From NCBI GenBank assembly GCA_965219455.1, contig OZ244744.1:3520001-3584000 (forward strand): a stretch of DNA of 64,000 bases, read 5' to 3'. The translations under genes were made by a program, and so were the position numbers. Source of the DNA: Candidatus Latescibacterota bacterium. GTDB taxonomy: Bacteria > Latescibacterota > UBA2968 > GCA-2709665. Below are positions 17,702 through 26,914 of this stretch, piece after piece (position 1 is the first letter of the stretch; each line of letters opens with the position of its first letter). The notes under the pieces are model-generated. The model was given only the letters and a program-made list of their open reading frames with translations. It was not told the origin of the DNA and made no database searches.

Positions 17702-18295
17702 ATGGGTTTCGAACTCACCATTATTCTGCTGGTGGTCATCAGTGTGATTTCCGCGCTGATCAATAAAGTCCTGGAAGCGCGTCGCCGCCGGGAGCTCGAT
17801 GAAGAAGACCGCGGGTTTTCGCCGGTTGGCAGGCATGGCGTGGACACGGTACCCGTTGCGGGGGACGTCGATTCACCGGAGGAGGATGTATTCCGGGAGC
17901 CTCAATCGGGCGGCGAATTTCGAGAGGTAAGGGGTACGCGCCGGGTGAGCGAGGCGCCCACGGGAGACGAGTTTCGGGAAGTAAGAGGCGCGCGCCCCGT
18001 GAGTGAAGCGTACAAAGGGGAGGAATTCCGGGAGGTGGATATCGTCCGGCCGGACGAAGAGCGCTACGGTGGGATGATAAGCGAAAGCGCACCGGTTGAT
18101 CGACCCGGCGCCGGGGCTGAATCTGCGGCGGAAGACGAAAAGGGCGGCGCGCAGGAAGTCCTCCCATCGTCTCCGGTTTCCCGCCGCCGAACCGGCCGGC
18201 GAAAGATCGATCTTGATTTCAAGCCGCAAACGGTCCGCAAGGCGATTATCTACCAGGAGATTCTGGGGCCGCCCGTGGCGGATCGGATGCGGTAG
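17702..18295 (+). CDS. membrane-anchored low-complexity protein (YqfB-like position and tail)
   Basis: N-terminal TM; C-terminal RKAIIYQEILGPP motif seen downstream of floA; internal 18-aa repeats. Confidence 0.65.
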   Translation: MGFELTIILLVVISVISALINKVLEARRRRELDEEDRGFSPVGRHGVDTVPVAGDVDSPEEDVFREPQSGGEFREVRGTRRVSEAPTGDEFREVRGARPVSEAYKGEEFREVDIVRPDEERYGGMISESAPVDRPGAGAESAAEDEKGGAQEVLPSSPVSRRRTGRRKIDLDFKPQTVRKAIIYQEILGPPVADRMR

Positions 18296-18420
18296 CGCTC
18301 CGCACTTCCGTCCCGCCTGCCATTTTCGATACCCTCAACAAAGGCGGCAAATAAAGCGCCTGTTTTCTCTTGACACGCTCGGCGGGTATGGGGATATTTA
18401 TTGATCCTGAGTTCAAGGTC

Positions 18421-18507
18421 GCCGAAGTGGTGGAACTGGTAGACGCGCTGGACTCAAAATCCAGTGGGCGCAAGCCCGTGTGGGTTCGAGTCCCACCTTC
18501 GGCACCA
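18421..18507 (+). tRNA. tRNA-Leu(CAA)
   Basis: GCCGAAGTGGTGGAACTGGTAGACGCG-CTGGA-CTCAAAA-TCCAG, long variable arm, GGTTCGAGTCC, CTTCGGCACCA; 87 nt. Confidence 0.95.
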
Positions 18508-18517
18508 GAATAAAATG

Positions 18518-18548
18518 GGCACCTGCGAATGCGGGTGCCTTCTTTTTC
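18518..18548 (+). terminator. intrinsic terminator after tRNA-Leu
   Basis: GGCACCTGC-GAAT-GCGGGTGCC followed by a T-rich tract. Confidence 0.7.
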
Positions 18549-18702
18549 GGGGATTATAGCCGATACTCACACGAAGCCGATGTCAGCCAAGCGCCGTGCC
18601 AGGTTCCTTCCATCAGCATGACGTTCCCAACCGGAGGAAAAAGCGGCACATCGGCGTGGCCGCATTGAATGCAAGTTCGAAGATTTCGATGTGGAGTTGT
18701 AC

Positions 18703-19011
18703 TCAGTTTTCTCGCGCTTCTATCGAAAGCCTGAATCCCAATCCATGCAGAATTTCGCCCATCGTGTTGAGCCGCGGATTCCCATTCTTGGAAAGGGCTT
18801 TGTAAAGTCCCTCACGAGTCAGGCTGACCCGCTCGGCCAACTTAGACATACCGCCCTGCGCCTCTGCAACGTCTCTAACTGCCAGTAAGAACGCTTCCAT
18901 ATCCCCGGTTATCTCATAATCGTCAAGCGCAACGGAAAGATATACCTTCGCGTCCTCCGGATCGCGTAGCTGCTCAATATGATAGTCTTTGAAGTTTCTA
19001 TAGTCACTCAT
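18703..19011 (-). CDS. putative addiction-module antidote protein (HTH antitoxin)
   Basis: LRDPE.AKVYL, FLLAVRDVAEAQGGMSKLA...REGLYKALSKNGNPRL. Confidence 0.88.
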   Translation of the reverse strand: MSDYRNFKDYHIEQLRDPEDAKVYLSVALDDYEITGDMEAFLLAVRDVAEAQGGMSKLAERVSLTREGLYKALSKNGNPRLNTMGEILHGLGFRLSIEAREN

Positions 19012-19334
19012 TCTTGCTCCCTTGAACTATGCTCTTTCCAGTCTGCTTTTGCCTTTCCAATATCCCGACTTTGCGAACCTTTTTCACCTCCTCGCAATAG
19101 CAAAATGGCATCGTCTGTTATTCTGCCAAAATAAACCCGGTATCCTGCTCCAAACTGAAGCCGAAATTCAAAGACACCATCTCCCACTGAGCGATAATCA
19201 CCTAAATTCCCAGTCTCTTCAACTCGCCTCAGACGACTTCGGATTCTGGCAACCGTCACTTTGTCCTTGATAGGAGAAAGCCATTCTGCAAAAGGCTCAA
19301 TGCCATTGGGACTTTGATAGATCTTGATCTCCAC
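19008..19334 (-). CDS. RelE/ParE-family addiction-module toxin
   Basis: PFAEWL, GNLGDYRSVGDGVFEFR..FGAGYRVYF, GGEKGSQSRDI; GTG start; 4-nt overlap with the antitoxin. Confidence 0.88.
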   Translation of the reverse strand: MEIKIYQSPNGIEPFAEWLSPIKDKVTVARIRSRLRRVEETGNLGDYRSVGDGVFEFRLQFGAGYRVYFGRITDDAILLLRGGEKGSQSRDIGKAKADWKEHSSREQE

Positions 19335-19340
19335 AATACA

Positions 19341-19369
19341 ATTGTAAACTGTAATTCACAAAATGTCAA
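19341..19369 (-). promoter_or_regulatory. TA operon promoter with overlapping inverted-repeat operator
   Basis: TTGACA-17 bp-TACAAT on minus strand, 6 nt before the GTG; TTGTAAA-N6-TTCACAA imperfect palindrome. Confidence 0.7.
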
Positions 19370-19951
19370 TTCCAACAATACGGCAACCCCAGCCGCAGGT
19401 CCCACCGGCATTTGTATTCAATTTTACTTCACAGGCGTTCGATAGATTGTAGATACCCCTGTTTATCCGTCGGTTTTAAGCTTGGGTGTCAAGCCCATCA
19501 TTGATGTTTTTTCCGCAGGTTGTGGATTTGTGGTACCACAACGCTGAATCCCTGCCTGCGTCGCTTGCCTGTTGGCCGAGAGGCGCTATGCCCGACAGGC
19601 AGGCCTGGAAAAAAGGGTTATGACCGCATAGGCAAATTGATTTATACGCGCGAAAATCTGAAACCTTCCCGCCCGGAGCGCGTCTAAGCGGATACAACCA
19701 TGCTGCATCCCTCCCGAAAGACGCCGATCGTACCCCGTACGGCCGGCGTCTTTTTGCTTTCATAAGAGACCTGGCACCCGATACAACCGCATCTCGCCGC
19801 CCCGGTTTCATTCAACCGCCGGGAAAGTCCTGTTGCGCGCCCTTCCCCGTGCTCGTATTTTATGCCCTTTCAAGGTGTGGGTTCTCAGCCTTCGGTAACA
19901 TATAATAGCCCGCACTTTCCGCAACTCTTCGGATCAGTCCGGGAGAATCAT

Positions 19952-20869
19952 ATGCGCAGGATTGTGCTCCAGCAGGTCACGAAAACCTTCGAAGGCGTCC
20001 GGGCGGTGGATGGGTTGGATCTCGACATCGCGGCCGGCGAGATTTTCGGTTTGCTGGGTCCTAACGGCGCCGGCAAGACCACGACGATTCGTACGATCCT
20101 GGGGATTTATGCGCCGGATTCGGGTAAGATCGATTATGGCAACGGCGGAACGGGACTCTCGAAGGACAGGGTGGGATATCTTCCCGAGGAGCGAGGGCTG
20201 TATCCCAAAATGCGGGTCATGGATCTGCTGGTGTTTCTTGGGGAGATGAAGTCGCTCTCCCGGACGGAAGCGGCCGCCCGCGCGGGAGAATGGCTGGAAC
20301 GGTTGGACCTGGCGGAATGGTCCAACCGACCCGTGGATCAGTTGTCCAAGGGTATGCAACAGAAGCTGCAATTTATCGCGACTATACTTCACGATCCCGA
20401 CATACTGATTCTTGACGAGCCCTTCAGCGGGCTGGACCCGATCAATGCGGCGGTCCTGAAGGAGAATTTGCAGACCTTGAAGCGTGACGGCAAGATCCTC
20501 ATTTTCTCCACTCATCAGATGGAGGATGCGGAAGCGCTTTGCGACCGGATCTGCCTGATCAACCATGGGAAAAAGGTACTGGACGGCACCGTACCGGAAT
20601 TGAAGTCCCTATATACAAGAAACCGGTTGCGTATTGCTTTTCAGGGGAGTGACGATTTTCTCAAGAACACGAAGCTGGTTCGGCGCGCAGAGCATCGGGG
20701 GAATCACGTGGAGATCGAACTCCAAACCGGCGCCGACTCTGCCGACCTGCTTCGAAATGCACTGTCCGGTGCTCGGATCCACCGGTTCGAAGTCTCGGAG
20801 CCGTCTCTAAGAGATATTTTCGTGATGGCTGTACGCGGCGAAGAATCCGGGGACGGCCAGAATGAATAA
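19952..20869 (+). CDS. ABC-2 type transporter ATP-binding protein
   Basis: GPNGAGKTT, LSKGMQQK, ILDEPFSGLD, STH. Confidence 0.92.
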   Translation: MRRIVLQQVTKTFEGVRAVDGLDLDIAAGEIFGLLGPNGAGKTTTIRTILGIYAPDSGKIDYGNGGTGLSKDRVGYLPEERGLYPKMRVMDLLVFLGEMKSLSRTEAAARAGEWLERLDLAEWSNRPVDQLSKGMQQKLQFIATILHDPDILILDEPFSGLDPINAAVLKENLQTLKRDGKILIFSTHQMEDAEALCDRICLINHGKKVLDGTVPELKSLYTRNRLRIAFQGSDDFLKNTKLVRRAEHRGNHVEIELQTGADSADLLRNALSGARIHRFEVSEPSLRDIFVMAVRGEESGDGQNE

Positions 20870-22118
20870 GACACTGACGATCGTCCGGCGGGAATTTATC
20901 GAGATTGTACGCAAGAAGAGTTTCCTGATCGGGCTGTTTCTGGTGCCGGTTTTTGTCGTGGCGAGCATCCTGGTTCCTGTCTTTCTGGCGCAGGTCGACG
21001 TCGACAAACAAAAGCGTGTGGCCGTGGTCGACCAGACTGGAATCCTGTACCGGCCACTCGAGTCGCGCCTTGACGAAAGACTTCAGGATGGCCGGTTGGA
21101 ATATCTGCTGCAGGAAGTGTCGCCCGGCCCTGACCTGGAAACCACACGGCGGCAACTGACTGATGAGATCAATGGCAACAGGCTGGACGCCTACCTGGTG
21201 GTGCCGCCAGACGTTTTTGAGAAGGGCGCGGCCGGATTTTACGGTAAAAATGTGAGCGATATCCGCAAGGTCGGGCGATTGCGGAGCGCGTTGACACATG
21301 TCGTGGTTGCCCACCGGCTTGCAGAGCGGGGGCTGGACCCCGAAGCGGTGAGAAAATGGACCCGGCGGGTGCAGATGAAGACGGTGAAAATTGTAAAGGG
21401 AAAGGAGAAGAAAAGCGGCTTTGCCAGGGAATATTTCTCATCGTTTGCTTTCGCCATGTTGCTGTATCTGGTAACCATCGTATATGGAATCATGGTCATG
21501 CGCGGCGTCCTGGAGGAGAAGTCCACCCGCATGGTGGAGGTGATGCTTTCGTCGGTCGATCCCTTGCAGATGATGGCCGGCAAGATTCTGGGCATTGGTG
21601 CCGCCAGTCTGGTTCAGGTCACGGTCTGGATCGGTGTGGGTCTGCTGGCCTCCGCATACGGCAGGATGGCGTACGGGCCGAACCTGCCGTTTGCGATCGA
21701 ATCGGGCATGATGGTTTACTTCGGTGTCTATTTTGTCCTGGGTTATTTTCTGTACGCCACACTCTATGCAATTATCGGCGCTATTTGCGACACCGAACAG
21801 GATGCACAGCACCTGCAAATCCTCGTCATTGTGCCAATGATCCTTTCGCTGCTTGTAATGACGTTTATCACCCGGCAGCCCAACGCCACCCCATCCGTGG
21901 TGATGTCGCTGATTCCGTTTTTTTCTCCCATGATCATGATTGTGCGGATCAACGTCCACACGCCTCCGTGGATTGAAATCGCGGCGTCGGTTTTGATTCT
22001 GATCGCAACCATTGCCGGCGTGATGTGGGCCGCCGCGCGGATCTACCGGATCGGGATCCTGATGCGGGGCAAACGGGCGACCCTTTCGGAGATGATCCGG
22101 TGGATTCGGTATGGTTAG
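20862..22118 (+). CDS. ABC-2 type permease (NatB/YhaP-like)
   Basis: N-terminal TM, large loop, EEKSTRMVEVMLSSV, GKILG, C-terminal TM bundle. Confidence 0.88.
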   Translation: MNKTLTIVRREFIEIVRKKSFLIGLFLVPVFVVASILVPVFLAQVDVDKQKRVAVVDQTGILYRPLESRLDERLQDGRLEYLLQEVSPGPDLETTRRQLTDEINGNRLDAYLVVPPDVFEKGAAGFYGKNVSDIRKVGRLRSALTHVVVAHRLAERGLDPEAVRKWTRRVQMKTVKIVKGKEKKSGFAREYFSSFAFAMLLYLVTIVYGIMVMRGVLEEKSTRMVEVMLSSVDPLQMMAGKILGIGAASLVQVTVWIGVGLLASAYGRMAYGPNLPFAIESGMMVYFGVYFVLGYFLYATLYAIIGAICDTEQDAQHLQILVIVPMILSLLVMTFITRQPNATPSVVMSLIPFFSPMIMIVRINVHTPPWIEIAASVLILIATIAGVMWAAARIYRIGILMRGKRATLSEMIRWIRYG

Positions 22119-22157
22119 CGTTCTGTCCCGGAAATAGATTGCCGAAATTCGGCCGTC
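22117..22157. repeat. 41-bp dispersed repeat, copy 1 (IS/MITE end-like)
   Basis: 37/41 identical to 51133-51173. Confidence 0.75.
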
Positions 22158-22198
22158 GAGTCCACCGGCTGGCAACGTAGAGAGACGGGATGAATCGG

Positions 22199-22228
22199 CG
22201 GATGGACTTTTTCAACGGGCTGCTAAGG
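22199..22228. repeat. 30-bp direct repeat, copy 1 (IS/MITE end-like)
   Basis: CGGATGGACTTTTTCAACGGGCTGCTAAGG identical at 25882-25911. Confidence 0.85.
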
Positions 22229-22235
22229 AGGAACA

Positions 22236-23000
22236 ATGTCAAACCTGATTGCGTGCAACCTGAACAGCTATCGACAGTATCGGGACGGGGCGTACGAGCA
22301 TCTTTCGCGGATCGGTCTGACCAACGTGGAGATTCCATGCCCCGAGCCCGGGGAAGCGGGTGCGGCGCAGCTTGAACTGAACCGTTTCGGACTGTGTCCG
22401 TCAAGTCTCATCATTCGCTGTCAGATGCACGCCGACGACGCGGTCCAGCGATTCGTGCACTCCCTGAATACCGTCGCTGAGATGGGTGTAGCCCTGGTGT
22501 TCACCAGTGTAAAGACCGGAGGTATAGACCGGGATTTTGTCTACGGAAGATTGCAGGACATCGGCGATGCCGCCGCTGAACGCGGGATTGTCGTTGCCAT
22601 GGAAACCCATCCGGACCTGGTTACGAATGCCGACGTGGCGCTGGAGACGATGCGGTGCGTGAATCATCCCAATATCCGGATAAATTTCGATACGGCCAAC
22701 GTCCATTACTACAATGAAGGCGTGGATGCGGTCGAGCAGTTTCGAAGGGTGTCCCACGCAGTGGCCGCCGTGCATTTGAAGGAAACGAACGGCGCCTTTC
22801 AGACCTGGCATTTTCCCGCACTTGGAGAGGGGATTGTGGATTTTCCCTCAATTTTTGAGATATTTGCCAGCCAGGGACGCAACGGGCCCTACACGCTCGA
22901 ACTGGAGGGGATCAGGGGCGAATCGCTGACGCGGAAGGACGTGGAACGAAGGATCGAGCAGTCGCTGGACTACCTTCGCGCCCGCGGGCTGGCGGACTGA
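22236..23000 (+). CDS. sugar phosphate isomerase/epimerase (TIM barrel)
   Basis: METHP, NFDTAN, VHLKE, LELEG metal-ligand motifs. Confidence 0.82.
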   Translation: MSNLIACNLNSYRQYRDGAYEHLSRIGLTNVEIPCPEPGEAGAAQLELNRFGLCPSSLIIRCQMHADDAVQRFVHSLNTVAEMGVALVFTSVKTGGIDRDFVYGRLQDIGDAAAERGIVVAMETHPDLVTNADVALETMRCVNHPNIRINFDTANVHYYNEGVDAVEQFRRVSHAVAAVHLKETNGAFQTWHFPALGEGIVDFPSIFEIFASQGRNGPYTLELEGIRGESLTRKDVERRIEQSLDYLRARGLAD

Positions 23001-23010
23001 GGCGGCTTCC

Positions 23011-23973
23011 ATGATTCTTGCGGTGGATATCGGCGGCACCAATTTCAGTCTGGCATTGGGAACGTCCGACGGTCGTATTCTAAAACGGATCACCCGTTCC
23101 ACCGATCGCTCCGGCGGCGCCCAATGGATGATCGAGCGAATTCTCAAAGAGGGGCGCCGGTTGCTTGCGTCGTTCCCGGGAGAAGTATCGGCGTGCGGAA
23201 TCAGTTTTGGTGGCCCCGTGGATTTCGACGCCCAGCGGATCGTCAATTCCACGCACGTGTCGGGTTGGGACAACCTGGCGATTCCGGAGGCGATTCAACG
23301 GGGTCTCGGGGTGCCGGCAATTGTGGATAACGATGCCAACGTTGGCGCGCTGGGCGAATTCACGTTCGGAGCGGGCAGGGGCTGCCGACACCTGATCTAT
23401 TACAATATCGGCACGGGTATTGGCGCCGGAATCATCATCGAAAAGGAGATTTACCGCGGCGCCAACGGCAACGCGGGCGAACTCGGGCACGTGCCGGTTC
23501 TTGTCGATGGCCCCCTTTGCGATTGCGGAAATCGGGGGTGTCTCGAAGCCCTTTGTTCAGGCTCGGCCATCGGCCGCCGCGGGGAAGAGGCGGTGAGCAG
23601 GCAGCCTCAAAGGGGCCGCGGGATCCGGAAGGCGGCGGGAGGTCCGATTACGTCCAAAGCGGTCTTCGATGCCGCGCGGACCGGAAACGGGCTGGCGCTG
23701 GAACTGGTGAATGAGACGTGCCGATATCTGGGCATGGGAATGGCGGCCGCCATGAATGCGCTTGCGCCCGAAGCCATTGTGATCGGCGGCAGCGTGGCCA
23801 AAGCCGGCAACGTGCTGCTGGAGCCGCTGCGCGAACAGGCGGATCGGTTCCTGATGCCCGTGCACCGGCCCCACCTGAGAATTCTTCCCGCCCGGCTGAA
23901 AGGCAATTCGGGCCTGTTGGGCGCAGTTGCTCTGGCCGCGACGTTGAGGCGTAAAAACGAGCTCGTGCCCTAG
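23011..23973 (+). CDS. ROK family sugar kinase
   Basis: VDIGGT, DNDAN..ALGE, GTGIG, GELGH, CDCGNRGCLE; no N-terminal HTH. Confidence 0.9.
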   Translation: MILAVDIGGTNFSLALGTSDGRILKRITRSTDRSGGAQWMIERILKEGRRLLASFPGEVSACGISFGGPVDFDAQRIVNSTHVSGWDNLAIPEAIQRGLGVPAIVDNDANVGALGEFTFGAGRGCRHLIYYNIGTGIGAGIIIEKEIYRGANGNAGELGHVPVLVDGPLCDCGNRGCLEALCSGSAIGRRGEEAVSRQPQRGRGIRKAAGGPITSKAVFDAARTGNGLALELVNETCRYLGMGMAAAMNALAPEAIVIGGSVAKAGNVLLEPLREQADRFLMPVHRPHLRILPARLKGNSGLLGAVALAATLRRKNELVP

Positions 23974-24047
23974 CGGGGTTGCGCCTCGCGTCTGCTTGCG
24001 CGCTGAGGGCGGGCCAAACGAGACGTCGATTACCCAAAGATAATCTC

Positions 24048-24707
24048 ATGAGTCGCGACGCAGTGCCGGAAATCGAAGGGGGATTGACGTACGATCCTGA
24101 AGAAGCGGTTGCGGCGCTTTCAAGGGTGGACCCCGCGCTGGGAGGTTTGATGGAACGCGCCGGCCCCTGCCTGCTGGAGGCGCGGACGCCGCACCATCCG
24201 TTCAGGGCGTTGACGCGCTCGATAATCCACCAGCAGCTTTCGGGAAAGGCAGCCGGGGCGATCTACGGCCGCGTTCTGGGTTTGTTTCCTCAAGAAACAC
24301 ATCCTGAGCCGGAACAGATATTGGCTGTACCCGACGACGCGTTCCGCGGTGCGGGGATGTCCCGGGCCAAGGTGGCGGCCGTGAAAGACCTTGCCGAAAA
24401 GACGCTCGAGGGCGCGGTTCCATCGGGGCGGCGGCTGAATGGGATGTCCGACGACGAGATCATCCGGCGCTTCACCCGCGTCCGGGGGGTGGGGGAATGG
24501 ACCGTGCAGATGATGTTGATATTCGATCTGGGCCGGGCGGACGTGCTGCCGGTTAAAGACCTGGGGGTAAGAAAGGGGTTTATGCTCACCTACGGGTTGA
24601 GCGGGCTGCCCGATGCTGCAGGCCTGTTGGAACACGGTGAACGTTGGCGTCCATACCGGTCGGTGGCAAGCTGGTATCTCTGGCGGGCCGTGGAACTGGA
24701 TGGATGA
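24048..24707 (+). CDS. DNA-3-methyladenine glycosylase II (AlkA/HhH-GPD family)
   Basis: SIIHQQLSGKAA, RGVGEWT HhH, LPVKDLGV, WRPYRS.ASWYLW. Confidence 0.9.
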   Translation: MSRDAVPEIEGGLTYDPEEAVAALSRVDPALGGLMERAGPCLLEARTPHHPFRALTRSIIHQQLSGKAAGAIYGRVLGLFPQETHPEPEQILAVPDDAFRGAGMSRAKVAAVKDLAEKTLEGAVPSGRRLNGMSDDEIIRRFTRVRGVGEWTVQMMLIFDLGRADVLPVKDLGVRKGFMLTYGLSGLPDAAGLLEHGERWRPYRSVASWYLWRAVELDG

Positions 24708-24822
24708 GGAATCCGGAGCCGACGGAACCCGACCGGGCGAATGAAGTCCGGCTGTGCATTGTGACAGGGGAGATGGACCGGAACGTCGAATCGCCGAAAA
24801 TTGAACCGGAAGAGGAGATTTC

Positions 24823-25863
24823 ATGACTGGCAAAACCTACCGTGCCGGAATTGTGGGCCTGGGCTTTATCGGCGGCGCAGACCAGGTATCCGGCGACGCA
24901 GTAGGACAATCGGTGAGCGATCTGGACGGAACCCATGCCGATGCGTTGAGCGGGCATCCCCGTGTCGTTATCTCCTCCGGGTCCAGCCGGGACGAGGGAC
25001 GTCGGGAGCGTTTTCAGGCCCGCACGGGCGCGCCGACCTACGCCGATTGGCGTGAGATGCTGGCTGGGGAGGCACTCGATATTGTAAGCGTGGCGACTTA
25101 TGCGCCCTTTCATGTCGACATCACGGTCGCATGCGCGAGGCAGGGTGTGCGCGCCGTCTATTGCGAGAAACCCATCGCGACCCGGGTGTCAGACGCCGAG
25201 CGGATGCGGAAGGCCTGTGAAGACGCCGGTACCCTGCTCGTCGCGAACCACAACCGGCGGTTTCAGCCTAACGCCAGGCGTCTGCGCGACCTCGTGGCCG
25301 ACGGCGCATTGGGAGAGCTGACCTCCGCAACCCTGCAATGGGGCTCAGGGCGGCTGGGCAACGTGGGTACCCATATGATCGATACGATCCAGATGTTGGC
25401 GGGGCGGGCTGTAGAGGCGGTGTCGGGAACACTGGATCCGGCCGGGAAGCCGGATTGCCGAGGCGAACAGTTCCGCGACCCCGGCGGCTGGGGCATGCTG
25501 CGCCTGGAGCGCGGACTGATCTGTACGATAGACGCGGCGGATTATGCGATGGTGCCGCCGCGGATTTCGATCCACGGGACGGAGGGCTGCGCCGGTCTTG
25601 ACGGCAGGGACGTGACCCTGGAGTTCTGGGACGGGCGGCGGGATGCCTGGCCGGCTCCGCAGGGTTCCTCTTCAATGGATCGGGCGGTGGGTGAGATTGT
25701 GGTTTGGCTGGACGGTGGAGCCCCCTTTCCGTACGCGGCATCGGAAGCCGTCCGGACGCTGGAAGCCATTGTGGGCATCCACGTCTCCCACGCCAGGAAC
25801 GCCGCATGGGTCGAGTTGCCCCTGACGGGACGGGACCGTGAACATGAGGTATTGAGCGGGTAG
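24823..25863 (+). CDS. Gfo/Idh/MocA family oxidoreductase
   Basis: GIVGLGFIG, YCEKPIA, NHNRRF, GTHMID. Confidence 0.9.
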   Translation: MTGKTYRAGIVGLGFIGGADQVSGDAVGQSVSDLDGTHADALSGHPRVVISSGSSRDEGRRERFQARTGAPTYADWREMLAGEALDIVSVATYAPFHVDITVACARQGVRAVYCEKPIATRVSDAERMRKACEDAGTLLVANHNRRFQPNARRLRDLVADGALGELTSATLQWGSGRLGNVGTHMIDTIQMLAGRAVEAVSGTLDPAGKPDCRGEQFRDPGGWGMLRLERGLICTIDAADYAMVPPRISIHGTEGCAGLDGRDVTLEFWDGRRDAWPAPQGSSSMDRAVGEIVVWLDGGAPFPYAASEAVRTLEAIVGIHVSHARNAAWVELPLTGRDREHEVLSG

Positions 25864-25881
25864 GGATGCTCCCTAACAGTC

Positions 25882-25911
25882 CGGATGGACTTTTTCAACG
25901 GGCTGCTAAGG
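25882..25911. repeat. 30-bp direct repeat, copy 2
   Basis: identical to 22199-22228. Confidence 0.85.
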
Positions 25912-25944
25912 GCGCAGGCACGATGGCGGCAACCCTGTTCAGGG

Positions 25945-26718
25945 TCATCCAGGGACCGGTCCGTACCTGGAAATGGCGTCGTCCGGCCCCACCGGACAGG
26001 GGTATGGGTCGGCGGTCTTCTTCTCAATGAGTTGTGGGTTGCCCAGAGCGTTGTAACAGATGATGAATGACCGCCGGTGGCGGCTGGACGTATTGGGCGT
26101 TGAGGAATGCAGCAGATTGCAGTGAAAGAAGAGGACCGAGCCGGGCGGCATCTCGCAGGAGACGCAATCCAACAGGGGTTCGATACCCGCGATTCTGACG
26201 GGGTCGGTGCCGGTCTGAGTGCCGACTCTGACGTGATCCAGCCGCCCCAGGAGATGGGAACCGCGCAGAACCTGCAGGCAGCCGTTTTCCCGCTTGCATT
26301 CGTCCAGGGCGATAAATGCGCTGACCATGCGGGGAAAGACGAATCCTTGATTATACCAGTATCCGTAGTCCTGGTGCCATTCCCACGCCCCGCCTTCGTG
26401 GGCATCTTTGAACATCACTTTGCCGTGGAAAAAGGCGACCTCTTCACCCAGAAGGATACGGATATTGTTGACAATGCGAGGACACGTGGACACCGCGGTC
26501 CAGATGTCGTTGCCCAGTTCATGCCAGATTGCCAGCCTGGACGTCATTCCTGACGCGTCGGAAATGGCGCGGGTGTTCTCCGCCACCCGCGCGCCCGTTT
26601 CAACGGCGTGAAGCAGAATGCGGACTTCTTCTTCGCTGAAGAGGTCTTCGACCAGGACGTAGCCGTTCCGGTGGAAATCGGAAACGTTGTTGGGATCGAG
26701 GTATACAGGTGCCTCCAT
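25945..26718 (-). CDS. phytanoyl-CoA dioxygenase (PhyH)-family Fe(II)/2-OG dioxygenase
   Basis: FHRNGY, WHQDYGYW, ENGCLQV..GSH, LHSS.PN.S..RR. Confidence 0.9.
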   Translation of the reverse strand: MEAPVYLDPNNVSDFHRNGYVLVEDLFSEEEVRILLHAVETGARVAENTRAISDASGMTSRLAIWHELGNDIWTAVSTCPRIVNNIRILLGEEVAFFHGKVMFKDAHEGGAWEWHQDYGYWYNQGFVFPRMVSAFIALDECKRENGCLQVLRGSHLLGRLDHVRVGTQTGTDPVRIAGIEPLLDCVSCEMPPGSVLFFHCNLLHSSTPNTSSRHRRSFIICYNALGNPQLIEKKTADPYPCPVGPDDAISRYGPVPG

Positions 26719-26752
26719 TATCCGGCCTTTCTGCCATACAAGGGGTTTTAAA

Positions 26753-26914
26753 GAAGCTGTCTTAAAATCCCCAACGGTCTTCGCGCGGCTGCAAAAGCGC
26801 CGTTCGGCGTTGGTCAAATCCACCCGTATCCTTAGATATGGGCGGATTTTCCCGCCTTGACCGTCACTTTTTCGCTCGCGCTCGGGAACTCACCGGTAAT
26901 TTTAAAACAGCTTC
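26753..26914. mobile_element. 162-bp MITE with 16-bp terminal inverted repeats
   Basis: GAAGCTGTCTTAAAAT ... ATTTTAAAACAGCTTC (1 mismatch); flanks AAA/TAA (near-TSD); no transposase; palindromic interior. Confidence 0.75.

Noticed and set aside
18421-19400. Prophage or integrative element at tRNA-Leu or tRNA-Met
   Set aside because: No integrase or phage genes, and I found no duplicated tRNA 3' end in the window
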